A DNA stretch of 62,842 nucleotides, filler included. It is 7 parts of 7 records of this genome, joined end to end, with 100 filler letters (N's around TTAATTAATTAA, not from the genome) between each part and the next. Parts side by side here need not be neighbours in the genome. Positions count along the whole stretch, not along the records: positions 1 to 13,317 come from SRR20825010_5514; positions 13,418 to 23,434 come from SRR20825010_5517; 5 more parts are not named here. The stretch is one strand, 5' to 3'. Made by a program: the position numbers and the translations under genes. The notes below the pieces were generated by a model. That model was not told the DNA's origin, searched no databases, and saw only the letters and a list, made by a program, of their open reading frames with translations. Below are positions 10,906 to 20,446 of the stretch, piece after piece. Numbering within the stretch: position 1 is the stretch's first letter; every line of letters begins with the position of its first letter.

Positions 10906-13317
10906 ATGGCATCAAACAAGAAATACTGGAAAAGTGTTGAGGAGCTGAACGAAGACAGCGCAATTGTTAAGACGCTGCAAGAAAATGAGTTTGTAACAGA
11001 AATACCTACAGACGAATTTCTTGGCAATAAAGAAGCGTTGGAATCATCTTCAACCACACGTCGTGATTTCTTAAAGTACGTGGGTTTTACCACTGCAGCA
11101 GCAACTTTGGCTGCTTGTGAGGGTCCCGTAGTTAAGTCAATTCCTTACGTTGTTTTACCAGATGAAATAGTTCCTGGAGTAGCAAATTACTACGCTTCAA
11201 CAATGGCCGATGGTTTTGATTTCGCCAATATTTTGGTGAAAACACGCGAAGGTCGCCCAATTAAAATTGAAAGAAATGACTTAGCCGAAAACGGTGGAAG
11301 TGTAAATGCACGTGTGCATGCTTCGGTTCTTTCTTTATATGATAAAAACAGATTGACCAATCCAATGTTGGATGGTGCTGAAGCTACATGGTTAGAATTT
11401 GATACTGCTGTAGCTCAAAAGATGAATGAAATGGCTGGGAAGGACATTGTTCTTTTAACCCAGACATTCGCAAGTCCATCTACATCAAAATTAATTTCTG
11501 AATTTACTGCCAAGTACCCAAACATACGTCACGTTGTTTATGATGCCGTGTCTTGTTCAGGTGCTTTAGATGCATTTCAAAATAAATACGGAACTCGCGC
11601 ATTACCAGATTACGATTTTTCAAAAGCTGAAGTAATTGTTTCTGTTGGGGCAGATTTCTTAGGTGATTGGCAAGGTGGAAGCTATAGCAAAGGCTATGCA
11701 CAAGGTAGAATTCCGAAGAATGGAAAAATATCACGTCATGTTCAGTTTGAAGCGAATATGACTTTATCTGGAGGTAAGGCAGACAAACGTGTTCCTGCTA
11801 CACCTTCACAACAATTACAAGTTTTAAAAGCATTAACTGGAGGAAGTACCTCTGGTTTGCCAGAACATATTGCTGATGCTGTTACTAAAGCAAAAGCACA
11901 ACTTCAAAAAGCTGGAAGCAAAGGGTTGTTAATAACTGGTTTGTCTGATGTTGAATCTCAAACTTTAGCTTTAAACTTTAACGCTAGTAATAATAGTGCT
12001 GCAATGGATGTTAACAAGCCGTTGCTTACTAGACAAAGTAGCGCGAGTGAAGTAATGAGCGTTGTTAATGGCGTTATTTCTGGAAGCATCAAAGGTTTAA
12101 TTACAGTTGGTGTTAATCCAGTTTATTCATTGCCAAATAGCAAAGAGTTTGCTGAAGCATACAAAAACCTTGAGATGACGCTTGCTTTCGCAATGAAACA
12201 AGACGAAACTGCTTCAATGGCTAAAATGGTTGCTGCAACTCCTCATTATTTAGAATCTTGGGGCGATGCGCAAATTAAAAAAGGTACATATAGCCTTACG
12301 CAGCCTACAATCCGTCCGTTATTCAATACACGTCAATTTCAAGATAGTTTATTGCAGTGGACAGGAAACACACAAAATTATTACGATTATATAAAAGAAA
12401 ACTGGACAAATTCAATGTTGTCTGGCGGTTCATGGAATCAAGCACTTCATGATGGTTTTATCAGCAGTGATGTTGAGATGACTATGGAAGAAGTAAAACC
12501 AGCTTCTGGAGTATTGGAAGATGCTACATCGCATGGTGCGCTTTCTTCATTTTTACAAGAAGGAGGTTATGAACTTACACTTTATACTTCAACAGGATTG
12601 GGAGATGGTCAACAAGCCAATAACCCATGGTTGCAAGAATTTCCAGATCCATTAACCAGAGCATCTTGGGATAACTATCTAACGGTTTCGGCTGCAGATG
12701 CTGAAGCTTTAGGACTAGAAAATACACATGTTTCAAACGGAGCTTTAAACGGAAGTTATGTTACCATCAAAATGGGGAATGTAGCGGTAGAAAAAGTTCC
12801 AGTGATTATACAGCCAGGACAGGCAAAAGGTTCTGTTGGTTTGGCATTAGGGTATGGTAAAACCGCTGCAATTCAAAAAGAAATGCAAACCGGTGTTAAT
12901 GCATACCCATTATACCAAAATTTCTCATCTATTCAAAAAGTGAATATTGAGAAAACTAATGGAGAGCATGAATTTGCTTGTGTTCAGTTGCAAAGTACAA
13001 TGGCTGGGCGTAGTAATGATATTATTAAAGAAACTACGCTTGAAGTTTTTAATACAAGAAACAAAGAACACTTTAATGCTGTTCCTGTAACCGATTACGA
13101 TCACAGTCCACTTTCTGTACGTGATGAAAAGGCTGATATTTGGAGTCCTTTTGATACTACAGTTGGACCACACTTTAACCTTTCTATAGATTTAAATTCT
13201 TGTACAGGTTGTGGGGCTTGTGTTATTGCGTGTCACGCTGAAAATAACGTTCCGGTTGTTGGTAAAGAAGAAGTAAGAAAGTTCCGTGATATGCACTGGT
13301 TGCGTATTGATAGATAT
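10906..13317 (+). CDS. actB: Alternative complex III subunit B (Tat-exported molybdopterin-oxidoreductase-like plus Fe-S); 3'-truncated
   Basis: TRRDFLK Tat motif with LAAC lipobox, NNPWLQEFPDP, CTGCGACVIAC Fe-S motif; runs into the contig end. Confidence 0.92.
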
Positions 13318-13417
13318 NNNNNNNNNNNNNNNNNNNNNNNNNNNNNNNNNNNNNNNNNNNNTTAATTAATTAANNNNNNNNNNNNNNNNNNNNNNNNNNN
13401 NNNNNNNNNNNNNNNNN
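13318..13417. other. Artificial contig spacer
   Basis: N-run/TTAATTAATTAA/N-run; composition changes sharply across it. Confidence 0.98.
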
Positions 13418-13548
13418 ATGACCACCAACAACTCCACCAATGTGAAACCTTGGTGCCGCTTGGTAGGGCGAGCCGAGTCAGCTTGATCTTTCTCGTTGGA
13501 GATCAGGCCAATCGGCATCGAAGAAGAAACGAGAGACGAACGGGACAT
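13418..13548 (-). CDS. Prepilin-type N-terminal methylation (DUF1559-like) protein, 5' fragment
   Basis: HQGFTLVELLVV type IV pilin cleavage/methylation motif, typical of Planctomycete DUF1559 proteins; exact start uncertain. Confidence 0.8.
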
Positions 13549-13694
13549 AAGAAACTCCAGCCAAAAGGCACACTGGGGACGGATCTACTTCAGCGGATCG
13601 GGGCTCACCGCGACGGTGAGATTGATCAAGAAGCGAAACGAACGTGGCTGGCTGGAGGGTGGGAACCCGTTGCTGGCTGCGTCGACGAATCTGT

Positions 13695-13715
13695 TATTGC
13701 GAGTCAGTCGCAATA
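13695..13715. promoter_or_regulatory. Fur-box-like palindromic operator
   Basis: TATTGCGA-GTCAG-TCGCAATA with perfect 8-bp arms, upstream of the prepilin-type gene. Confidence 0.6.
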
Positions 13716-13836
13716 TGGTGCTGGTTGATCCAAACGGTTGCAAGGGGCAAAACGAGACGCGGGGGTGATATTTGAGCTTTTTCAAGGCAAAACGCCTCTT
13801 TCTCACGGGAAAGCAGTAGTCCTGCGGCAATTTGAA

Positions 13837-14646
13837 TCAGGCCGAGTGGAGCATTTCCTGGCCACCGGTCGAGACAATCTGCTGATACCGAGCTGCCAGC
13901 GACTGGGCATCTGTGCACTCGTTCGTCAGGAATTGGTTCACGATTTGGCCGTCTTTGAGCACCACGACGCTGTCCGCCCAAACCGCCACGCTGGGCTCGT
14001 GCGTGACCATCACGATGGTTCGTTGTTGTTGATCGCAGAGGTTTCGCAACAGTTTGCAGATCGAGTCGCCGGTCACGGAATCCAAGCTTCCGGTGGGTTC
14101 ATCGGCGAACACGATGGCTGGATTGGTGATCAGCGATCGTGCGATCGCAACACGTTGTTGTTCGCCTCCGCTGAGAGCGTCCGGGCGATGATGCAAGCGA
14201 TCGGCGATCCCCAATTGCTGAGCCAGTTCCGTCAGCTCGGATTCGTCATTCAAGCTTTCTCCAGCGGCATAAAGCGGAAACAGTATGTTGTCTCGCGCTG
14301 ATAGAGACGGAACCAAGTTAAATGCTTGGAACACCAATCCAATCCGCTTGCGACGAAAGCAGGTCAGTTCATAGTCAGTCAGGTCGGCGATGTTTTGGCC
14401 TTCAATCAGAACGGAACCCGATGTCGGGCGAGTCAGTCCGCTCATCAGGTGCAACAACGTGCTCTTGCCCGACCCACTGGCTCCCATGACCGCGACGAAA
14501 GATCCTGATTCAATGTTGAGACTGACTTCACGCAACGCATCGACTTGGCGAACGCTTTGCCGATAGGTTTTAGAAACGGACTGAACCGTGGCGGTTGCTG
14601 GTTGAGAAAATTCAGGCACTGACATGGGTGGCGTGATTGGCGGCAT
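13837..14646 (-). CDS. ABC transporter ATP-binding protein (LolD/MacB type)
   Basis: [31 protein letters not shown]; start trimmed from the ORF-track 14811 to MPPITPP. Confidence 0.92.
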   Translation of the reverse strand: MPPITPPMSVPEFSQPATATVQSVSKTYRQSVRQVDALREVSLNIESGSFVAVMGASGSGKSTLLHLMSGLTRPTSGSVLIEGQNIADLTDYELTCFRRKRIGLVFQAFNLVPSLSARDNILFPLYAAGESLNDESELTELAQQLGIADRLHHRPDALSGGEQQRVAIARSLITNPAIVFADEPTGSLDSVTGDSICKLLRNLCDQQQRTIVMVTHEPSVAVWADSVVVLKDGQIVNQFLTNECTDAQSLAARYQQIVSTGGQEMLHSA

Positions 14647-14940
14647 TGAGTCGGTCACAAGAGTGGTTGAGCGATGGATCATGCTTTGACTAAGCACGGG
14701 CCGTGCCATCGGCAACGCACACAAGGGGCGATCGCAACACCGACGGCGTCGAAGCCAATGATTTGCGGGGTGCGGTGAATTTCGTTGTTGGTTTCGGTCT
14801 CGTTCCAGCAAACGGCTTCGCTAGAACCACTGGCGAAATAGCCGTCGCCCGCGACCGAAATTCCATCGAGCTTGACGGTGTTTGTGGGGAATCCACAATC
14901 GATGACATTGATTTGAGGAAGAAGTCTCCCAGAGATCGGC

Positions 14941-16587
14941 ATGATTCAACAAACAAAACCTGTGGCCTTCGCGACAACCGCTTTCCTACTGGCATGGATA
15001 TCTTGTGTGCCGATGCAGCCTTTATGTGCTGATGATGCGCCGATATTGAGTGTTGGTACCGTGCATCGCGGGACAGTGAATTCGCCTAAAAACGGCGCAA
15101 AGTCTGCGCTGTCATTCAAGTTGGATGCGAAGCGGGGTGACTTCGTCCGTGGTTCGATTCGAGGGAAAGGCATTCAGCTTTGGTTGGTCAATCAACGCGG
15201 CCAACGCATTCGACGTCTGACCGATGGCGAGGGGGCGATGGCGACCTTCCTGTTTGTGGTCGACGAACCATCGCCTGCTGGGTTGGTGGTGTCCGGTCCC
15301 GAGAATCAATATTTTGAGTTGCGGATCGATTCAATCATTCTCGCGGCGGAACAGTTCCAAGCCGTCAATCGAATCGAGAGCCCCACCTTGCTGGCTCTAC
15401 AACGGAAGCTGCAAAACGGAGGCGACACGAAAGAGTTCTGGCAGAGGGTTGCTCGCGACGGTTCGCCGTTGGTGGAAGACAGCAACGAGGATGAATCGCT
15501 TCGCGATGATCAAGCGTTGGTCACGTTCGTGTGGCGGGGTGCCAACCACAACGTTCGCATCTTTGGCGCACCATCGGGTGATCACGATGAGATGCAACGT
15601 CTCGGCGACAGTGATGTTTGGTACCGCAGTTATCAGGTGTCTCGAAAAGCTCGCATCATCTATCGCTTGGCACCGGACGTGCCCGTGTTTGATGGAAGCT
15701 ACCGTGACCTTCGTCGAGCCATCCTAGCGACTGCTCAACGTGATCCATTCAATCCGATGTCTGAACCAGCCAATCCGGTGGATCGGTTTGACGGAAACTC
15801 CGTGGTCGAGTTGTCGGATGCACCGGTCGTCCCTTGGCTCGATTCGTCTTCTGAATCAATCAAAGGCTCGGTGACGACGCTGGATATTGGAAGTGAGATC
15901 TTGGCGAATACACGCGACGTTCATTTGTATCGTCCGGCTGGATACGATCCCGCTGCTTCTGGCAACGCGTTGTTGGTCGTTTTTGATGGAGATCAGTATC
16001 TCGACGAGGTGAAGCTGCCAACAATCTTGGACAACTTGATCGCTGCGAAACGAATCCCATCCACTGCCGCCGTCTTGATTAGCAACCCAAGTCCGAAATC
16101 ACGAGCGGTTGAACTTCCCTGCAGCGACGACTTCGTTCGCTTCTTAACCGACGAGTTGATGCCACTAATTCGCGAGCAGTCGATGGACGCGAATCGTGAA
16201 AACACTGTGTTGGTGGGTGCGAGCTATGGCGGGTTGGCGTCGTCGTACACGGCGCTCAAAGCGTCGCACGTGTTTGGCAACGTGTTGAGCCAATCGGGAT
16301 CGTATTTGTGGTCTCCGGGAGGCGAGTTTGGAAAGGTCGGATCGGGAGAGCCCAATTGGCTGATTCGCGAATTTGTTCGCGCGGATCGGAAGCCTGTTCG
16401 ATTTGCATTGCAGGCGGGAACCTTTGAAACAGCCAGCGACATCCTGTCCAGCAACCGACATTTCCGAGACTGTTTGCGAGCGAAAGGTTACGACGTTCAC
16501 TACAGCGAATTCGTCGGCGGCCACGGCTACTTTCATTGGCGATATGCGATCGCGGATGGGTTGATTGAATTGCTCGGGACCAAGTGA
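14941..16587 (+). CDS. Exported enterochelin-esterase (Fes)-like alpha/beta hydrolase
   Basis: N-terminal signal peptide, VTFVWRG / DVWY (DUF3327-like) domain, GASYGG nucleophile elbow, GNVLSQSGS, GGH catalytic His. Confidence 0.85.
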   Translation: MIQQTKPVAFATTAFLLAWISCVPMQPLCADDAPILSVGTVHRGTVNSPKNGAKSALSFKLDAKRGDFVRGSIRGKGIQLWLVNQRGQRIRRLTDGEGAMATFLFVVDEPSPAGLVVSGPENQYFELRIDSIILAAEQFQAVNRIESPTLLALQRKLQNGGDTKEFWQRVARDGSPLVEDSNEDESLRDDQALVTFVWRGANHNVRIFGAPSGDHDEMQRLGDSDVWYRSYQVSRKARIIYRLAPDVPVFDGSYRDLRRAILATAQRDPFNPMSEPANPVDRFDGNSVVELSDAPVVPWLDSSSESIKGSVTTLDIGSEILANTRDVHLYRPAGYDPAASGNALLVVFDGDQYLDEVKLPTILDNLIAAKRIPSTAAVLISNPSPKSRAVELPCSDDFVRFLTDELMPLIREQSMDANRENTVLVGASYGGLASSYTALKASHVFGNVLSQSGSYLWSPGGEFGKVGSGEPNWLIREFVRADRKPVRFALQAGTFETASDILSSNRHFRDCLRAKGYDVHYSEFVGGHGYFHWRYAIADGLIELLGTK

Positions 16588-16608
16588 TTGTTGCTGGCAC
16601 CCATTCGC

Positions 16609-19416
16609 TCAACTGAATTCGTTTCCGGATTGAAGGAGGTCCATCGGCCGTGATCTGCCGATGGAGATGGCGGGCCAAGCGGCGATGCCAACGCCGAGTA
16701 GCAGCACCAATGAAAAGCCACCTATGATCGGCAGCCAGGGAATCACGAGCGGCGGATGAAGTCCCCCGAAGAAACTCATGTACTGGGCCATCCCGCTGCC
16801 GCACCATCCACTTAGGATTCCGAAGCCGAGGGCGAGCAAACCCGCCACCAGTGCGATCATCAGTCCCTCGACCAGGATGGCGCGGCTGAGATCCGAACTG
16901 GTGAAGCCGATTGATCGCAAGATGCCGAATTCCCAACGTCGAGATCGAACGGATGCAAGCATCACATTCAGTACACCCAAGCAAGCGATCAACAGCGAGA
17001 TCAATGGGATGTAGCTGATGACCCAGATCCAGCGGCGTGCGGTGACATCCAGGTGATTTCGAATGTCTTGCACGGACACCACTTTCGCGAGGTTGTCCGT
17101 GGAGGATTCGTCCATTGTTTGGGTTGGAGTGGTTTTCTGTTGGAATGCGTCATCGGCGATGGATCGATGAACCAGATCGCTTGCAAAGGTTTGGATGCTA
17201 TCGACATCGGGGTTCTCATTGGCATACGAGAACCACACATGCGACGCCATCGGAAGGTCAAAGTCGGATGCGACAGAATCGTAATCAGCAAGTACGAGAG
17301 CCGCGGCGCGGTGCGTCCGGGTTCGCAGGCCTGTCAACTTGGTTTGCCAGTGCCATCCAGGAAGCTTGACCACACCGGCGATCACGTAGCTGACCTTGTT
17401 GCCAGCGTTTCGCGGTGGAGAAACGGAGATTGAGTCGCCCAGTTTCAATCCCGTTTCTTCCATGAAATGATCGGGGACGATGCAAGCACCGCCGTTCTGC
17501 ATCTGCTTCACTGCATTTCGAGGATCACCCGCGACCCACTCTAGCGTCAGCAGTGGATGATCGCCCAAGAGGGCTCGTTCGGGGGCCAGTCCCACGATCA
17601 CCAAGTTGTCTTGACGAACGATGGATGGTCGTTCGGCGCTGTGGGTCAAGTCTTCGACCAATCGAGGCTGTTCCACCACCATCGGCAAACATCGCTGTGA
17701 ATCCACGTCGGGATGATTGGCTAGTCGCTCTGCTTCTGTCGGGCTTAAACCAGGACGCAACATCACGATGGCATCGGGTGTCCAGTTACCAGGGATGAAT
17801 GATTCCAACATGGTGAATCCCCAAACCTGGATGCCCACAAACAGTCCGAGTCCAAACGCCATCGCGATTGCGGCACCAACCGTTCGCCAAAGATGGCTTG
17901 TGATTTGGCTGGTCAAGAGTTTCGGATCGATCCGCAACCCTCGAGCGATCGCCGGCCCGACATAGCGATCGACCCATACGACGAGTGAAGGTGCGGTCAC
18001 GAAGAAACCAACACTGGAACAGAGAAAGCCGACCGCCATCACCAAACCCACGCTGCTTTCATTGGGCGGAAAAGCAAATGTCAGCAGTGGATTGACTGCG
18101 ATCAACGAGAGTCCCAACACCAATCGAAACCATCCAGGACTCCGCGAAATTTGGGTTTGGTGAAGCGGCGCGACAGCATCAAGAGGTTTGACGCAGGTGC
18201 TTTTGTAAGCGGGGAACAACGACGCCAGGAAAGATCCGCCCAAGGAAGCGAGCACCGCAAGAGTCAGGCTGCGCCCGCCGAGTAAGATGCCGTGGTGGAG
18301 CAAGCCGCCGAAAAATTGTTCGACAATTTGCAGCAATCCCCAGCCCACCAGAACGCCCGTGAGCAAGCCCATCGCACCGAGCACGACGCCTTCGAGGACG
18401 ATCAGCCAGATGATTTGCCACTTGGTCAATGCAATGGCTCTCAACACCGCATATTGCCGCGTTCGCTCGGTCACGCCCATGCTGAGTGAGCAAAACGTTA
18501 CCAGCATGGCGACCAACATGGCCACGCCGGTGGCGGCGTAGGATTGTAGTCTGACGTTCTCGGCCTCGGACGCCTGATCGAGTGCTTCTTCGATTTCATA
18601 GGCTTCTTGGAACTGAAGGGGTGTTTCATAACGGTTCAGTCGCGTCGCCCATCCGAATCGAAACTTTGTGATGTCGGCTTGGTCTTGGACGGAGACCCCT
18701 AACAAGCTGATTTGAAACGGTTCGCCGAGAATGTCTTCAGCCAATGCGACATTGATGAACGCTTCCCCAAAGCTCGGCGTCAACATGGGGATCGAACCCA
18801 CGCCCAGTTTTGGAGTGGGTGGTGCATCCAGGAAGCCAACGATCTCGAGCGCCAGTGTGTCTTGCGCGTCGTCATCAGGACGTGGCCTCTCAACCGTCAG
18901 CCAGTCACCGAGATGCAACTGACGGCGTTCGGCCACGTCGGCTCGCAAGACAACCTGTGGCGAGCTGGGTTCGGAAGCGATCCAGTTTCCTTCGGACAGA
19001 TCGAAAGGAGCTTCAGTCGCATCGGTTGCCATGAACATCAGGCTGGGTAGCAATCCGGTTGGTCCGTCGCCGGGGCCTGGGGAGGTCGATGGAGACGCAG
19101 GTATTCGGTTCGAATTTTGAATGGCGATGCGTTTGGCCCACATCGGATCCACCGCGGCGACGGCGGGGTCTTCACGCAACGGTTGCAAGACCTCGGGCGC
19201 CACGAAATCGTTTTCATCGGCGCTGGTGGGGGCGATGGTCAATTCGTAGCGGCCCAGAGCGAGGTTGCTGAACTCGTCGTACGTTTTGTGGAGCGCCTCG
19301 TAGCTGCTGGAAACCCAGATCACCATGCAAACAGCCGCGGCGATGGCGACGGTGGTCAGTGCCGTGCGAGCTTTTCGTTCGCGAAGAAACGCCAGAGCGA
19401 GCCGATGGACTTTCAA
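16609..19416 (-). CDS. FtsX/MacB-type ABC permease (duplicated, about 935 aa)
   Basis: Two FtsX repeats (ERTRQYAVLRAI; RRWEFGILRSIG). The likely TTG start at 19416 overlaps the ATPase stop and has GGAG upstream. Confidence 0.88.
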   Translation of the reverse strand: MKVHRLALAFLRERKARTALTTVAIAAAVCMVIWVSSSYEALHKTYDEFSNLALGRYELTIAPTSADENDFVAPEVLQPLREDPAVAAVDPMWAKRIAIQNSNRIPASPSTSPGPGDGPTGLLPSLMFMATDATEAPFDLSEGNWIASEPSSPQVVLRADVAERRQLHLGDWLTVERPRPDDDAQDTLALEIVGFLDAPPTPKLGVGSIPMLTPSFGEAFINVALAEDILGEPFQISLLGVSVQDQADITKFRFGWATRLNRYETPLQFQEAYEIEEALDQASEAENVRLQSYAATGVAMLVAMLVTFCSLSMGVTERTRQYAVLRAIALTKWQIIWLIVLEGVVLGAMGLLTGVLVGWGLLQIVEQFFGGLLHHGILLGGRSLTLAVLASLGGSFLASLFPAYKSTCVKPLDAVAPLHQTQISRSPGWFRLVLGLSLIAVNPLLTFAFPPNESSVGLVMAVGFLCSSVGFFVTAPSLVVWVDRYVGPAIARGLRIDPKLLTSQITSHLWRTVGAAIAMAFGLGLFVGIQVWGFTMLESFIPGNWTPDAIVMLRPGLSPTEAERLANHPDVDSQRCLPMVVEQPRLVEDLTHSAERPSIVRQDNLVIVGLAPERALLGDHPLLTLEWVAGDPRNAVKQMQNGGACIVPDHFMEETGLKLGDSISVSPPRNAGNKVSYVIAGVVKLPGWHWQTKLTGLRTRTHRAAALVLADYDSVASDFDLPMASHVWFSYANENPDVDSIQTFASDLVHRSIADDAFQQKTTPTQTMDESSTDNLAKVVSVQDIRNHLDVTARRWIWVISYIPLISLLIACLGVLNVMLASVRSRRWEFGILRSIGFTSSDLSRAILVEGLMIALVAGLLALGFGILSGWCGSGMAQYMSFFGGLHPPLVIPWLPIIGGFSLVLLLGVGIAAWPAISIGRSRPMDLLQSGNEFS

Positions 19417-20168
19417 TGCACCGTCTCCGCACCGAGTGATTCCTGGTAGCGACTGGCAACGGTTTGAGGATCTCGGATGCCGTCCGTTTTGAACTCGGCC
19501 AAGTCGGTGCCATCTTTCATCACCAACACACGATCCGCCCACATCGCGACATGAGGTTCATGGGTGACGACCACGATGCTGCGTCGTTCTTCATCGACGA
19601 GGTTTCTTAGCAGTCGGCAGATGGACGTTCCGGTGGCGGAATCCAGACTGCCGGTGGGTTCGTCGGCCAGCAAGATTGTCGGATCGCAAATCAGGGCTCT
19701 CGCAATTGCAATGCGTTGTTGCTCGCCACCGGAAAGAGCCATTGGTCGATGCGAACGTCGCTCGCTCATCCCGAGGCGTTCCAGCAGATGTTCGACGCGC
19801 TCGTCTAAGCCGGCTGTCTCACTCGCGGGGAGTCGAATGTTCTCTTCCGCCGTCAAAGCTGGGATCAAGTTGTAGGCTTGGAAGACGATCCCCAGGTTCT
19901 TTCGACGAAACTTGGTGAGAGCGGCGTCATTCAACTTGGAGAGGTCTTGTCCCGCGATGGACACCTGTCCTGCGTCGACCTGAATCAGCCCTGCCATCGC
20001 ATGAAGCAAAGTGCTTTTTCCTGATCCGGAGGCACCCATGATCGCCACGAATTCGCCGGGTTGGACGGTCAGGTTCACTCCGTCCAACGCGTGCACGGTC
20101 GAATTGCCTTGGCGATAAGTCTTGTGAACTCGATCGATTTGCAGCGGCGGTGTGTTGTTTGAAGGCAC
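19413..20168 (-). CDS. ABC transporter ATP-binding protein (LolD/MacB type)
   Basis: [31 protein letters not shown]; probable GTG start at 20168. Confidence 0.92.
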   Translation of the reverse strand: MPSNNTPPLQIDRVHKTYRQGNSTVHALDGVNLTVQPGEFVAIMGASGSGKSTLLHAMAGLIQVDAGQVSIAGQDLSKLNDAALTKFRRKNLGIVFQAYNLIPALTAEENIRLPASETAGLDERVEHLLERLGMSERRSHRPMALSGGEQQRIAIARALICDPTILLADEPTGSLDSATGTSICRLLRNLVDEERRSIVVVTHEPHVAMWADRVLVMKDGTDLAEFKTDGIRDPQTVASRYQESLGAETVH

Positions 20169-20446
20169 GGGATAAGTGACTCCTCGAAGCGATAGTAGAA
20201 GCTCTGTATCCAAAAAACGGGTACAGCGCATTGGGGGCAACGTCGGCGAATCGACAAGGCGAATGGACGTCGCGTTTGAACTCAAGGTGGCGATGGAGAA
20301 TGCGTCGCCGCTGGCGAAATTTTCATCGGCTCGAACGAGCCCACGACTACGAAACGTCGAGTTTCGCGAGAGAACACGTATTGGTCCGGTGATTGCAATT
20401 GCCGGGCCTTCCACTTTGATCCGCCAACCTCGTTGCTGCAGCCTTC

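Noticed and set aside
13362-13373. Recurrent TTAATTAATTAA palindrome (six copies) as a biological repeat
   Set aside because: Always centred in N-runs; a synthetic six-frame-stop linker
14647-14811. Long N-terminal extensions on the ABC ATPases, permease, sugar transferase and wza-like ORFs in the ORF track
   Set aside because: Artefacts of choosing the most upstream start; family-like sequence begins at downstream starts
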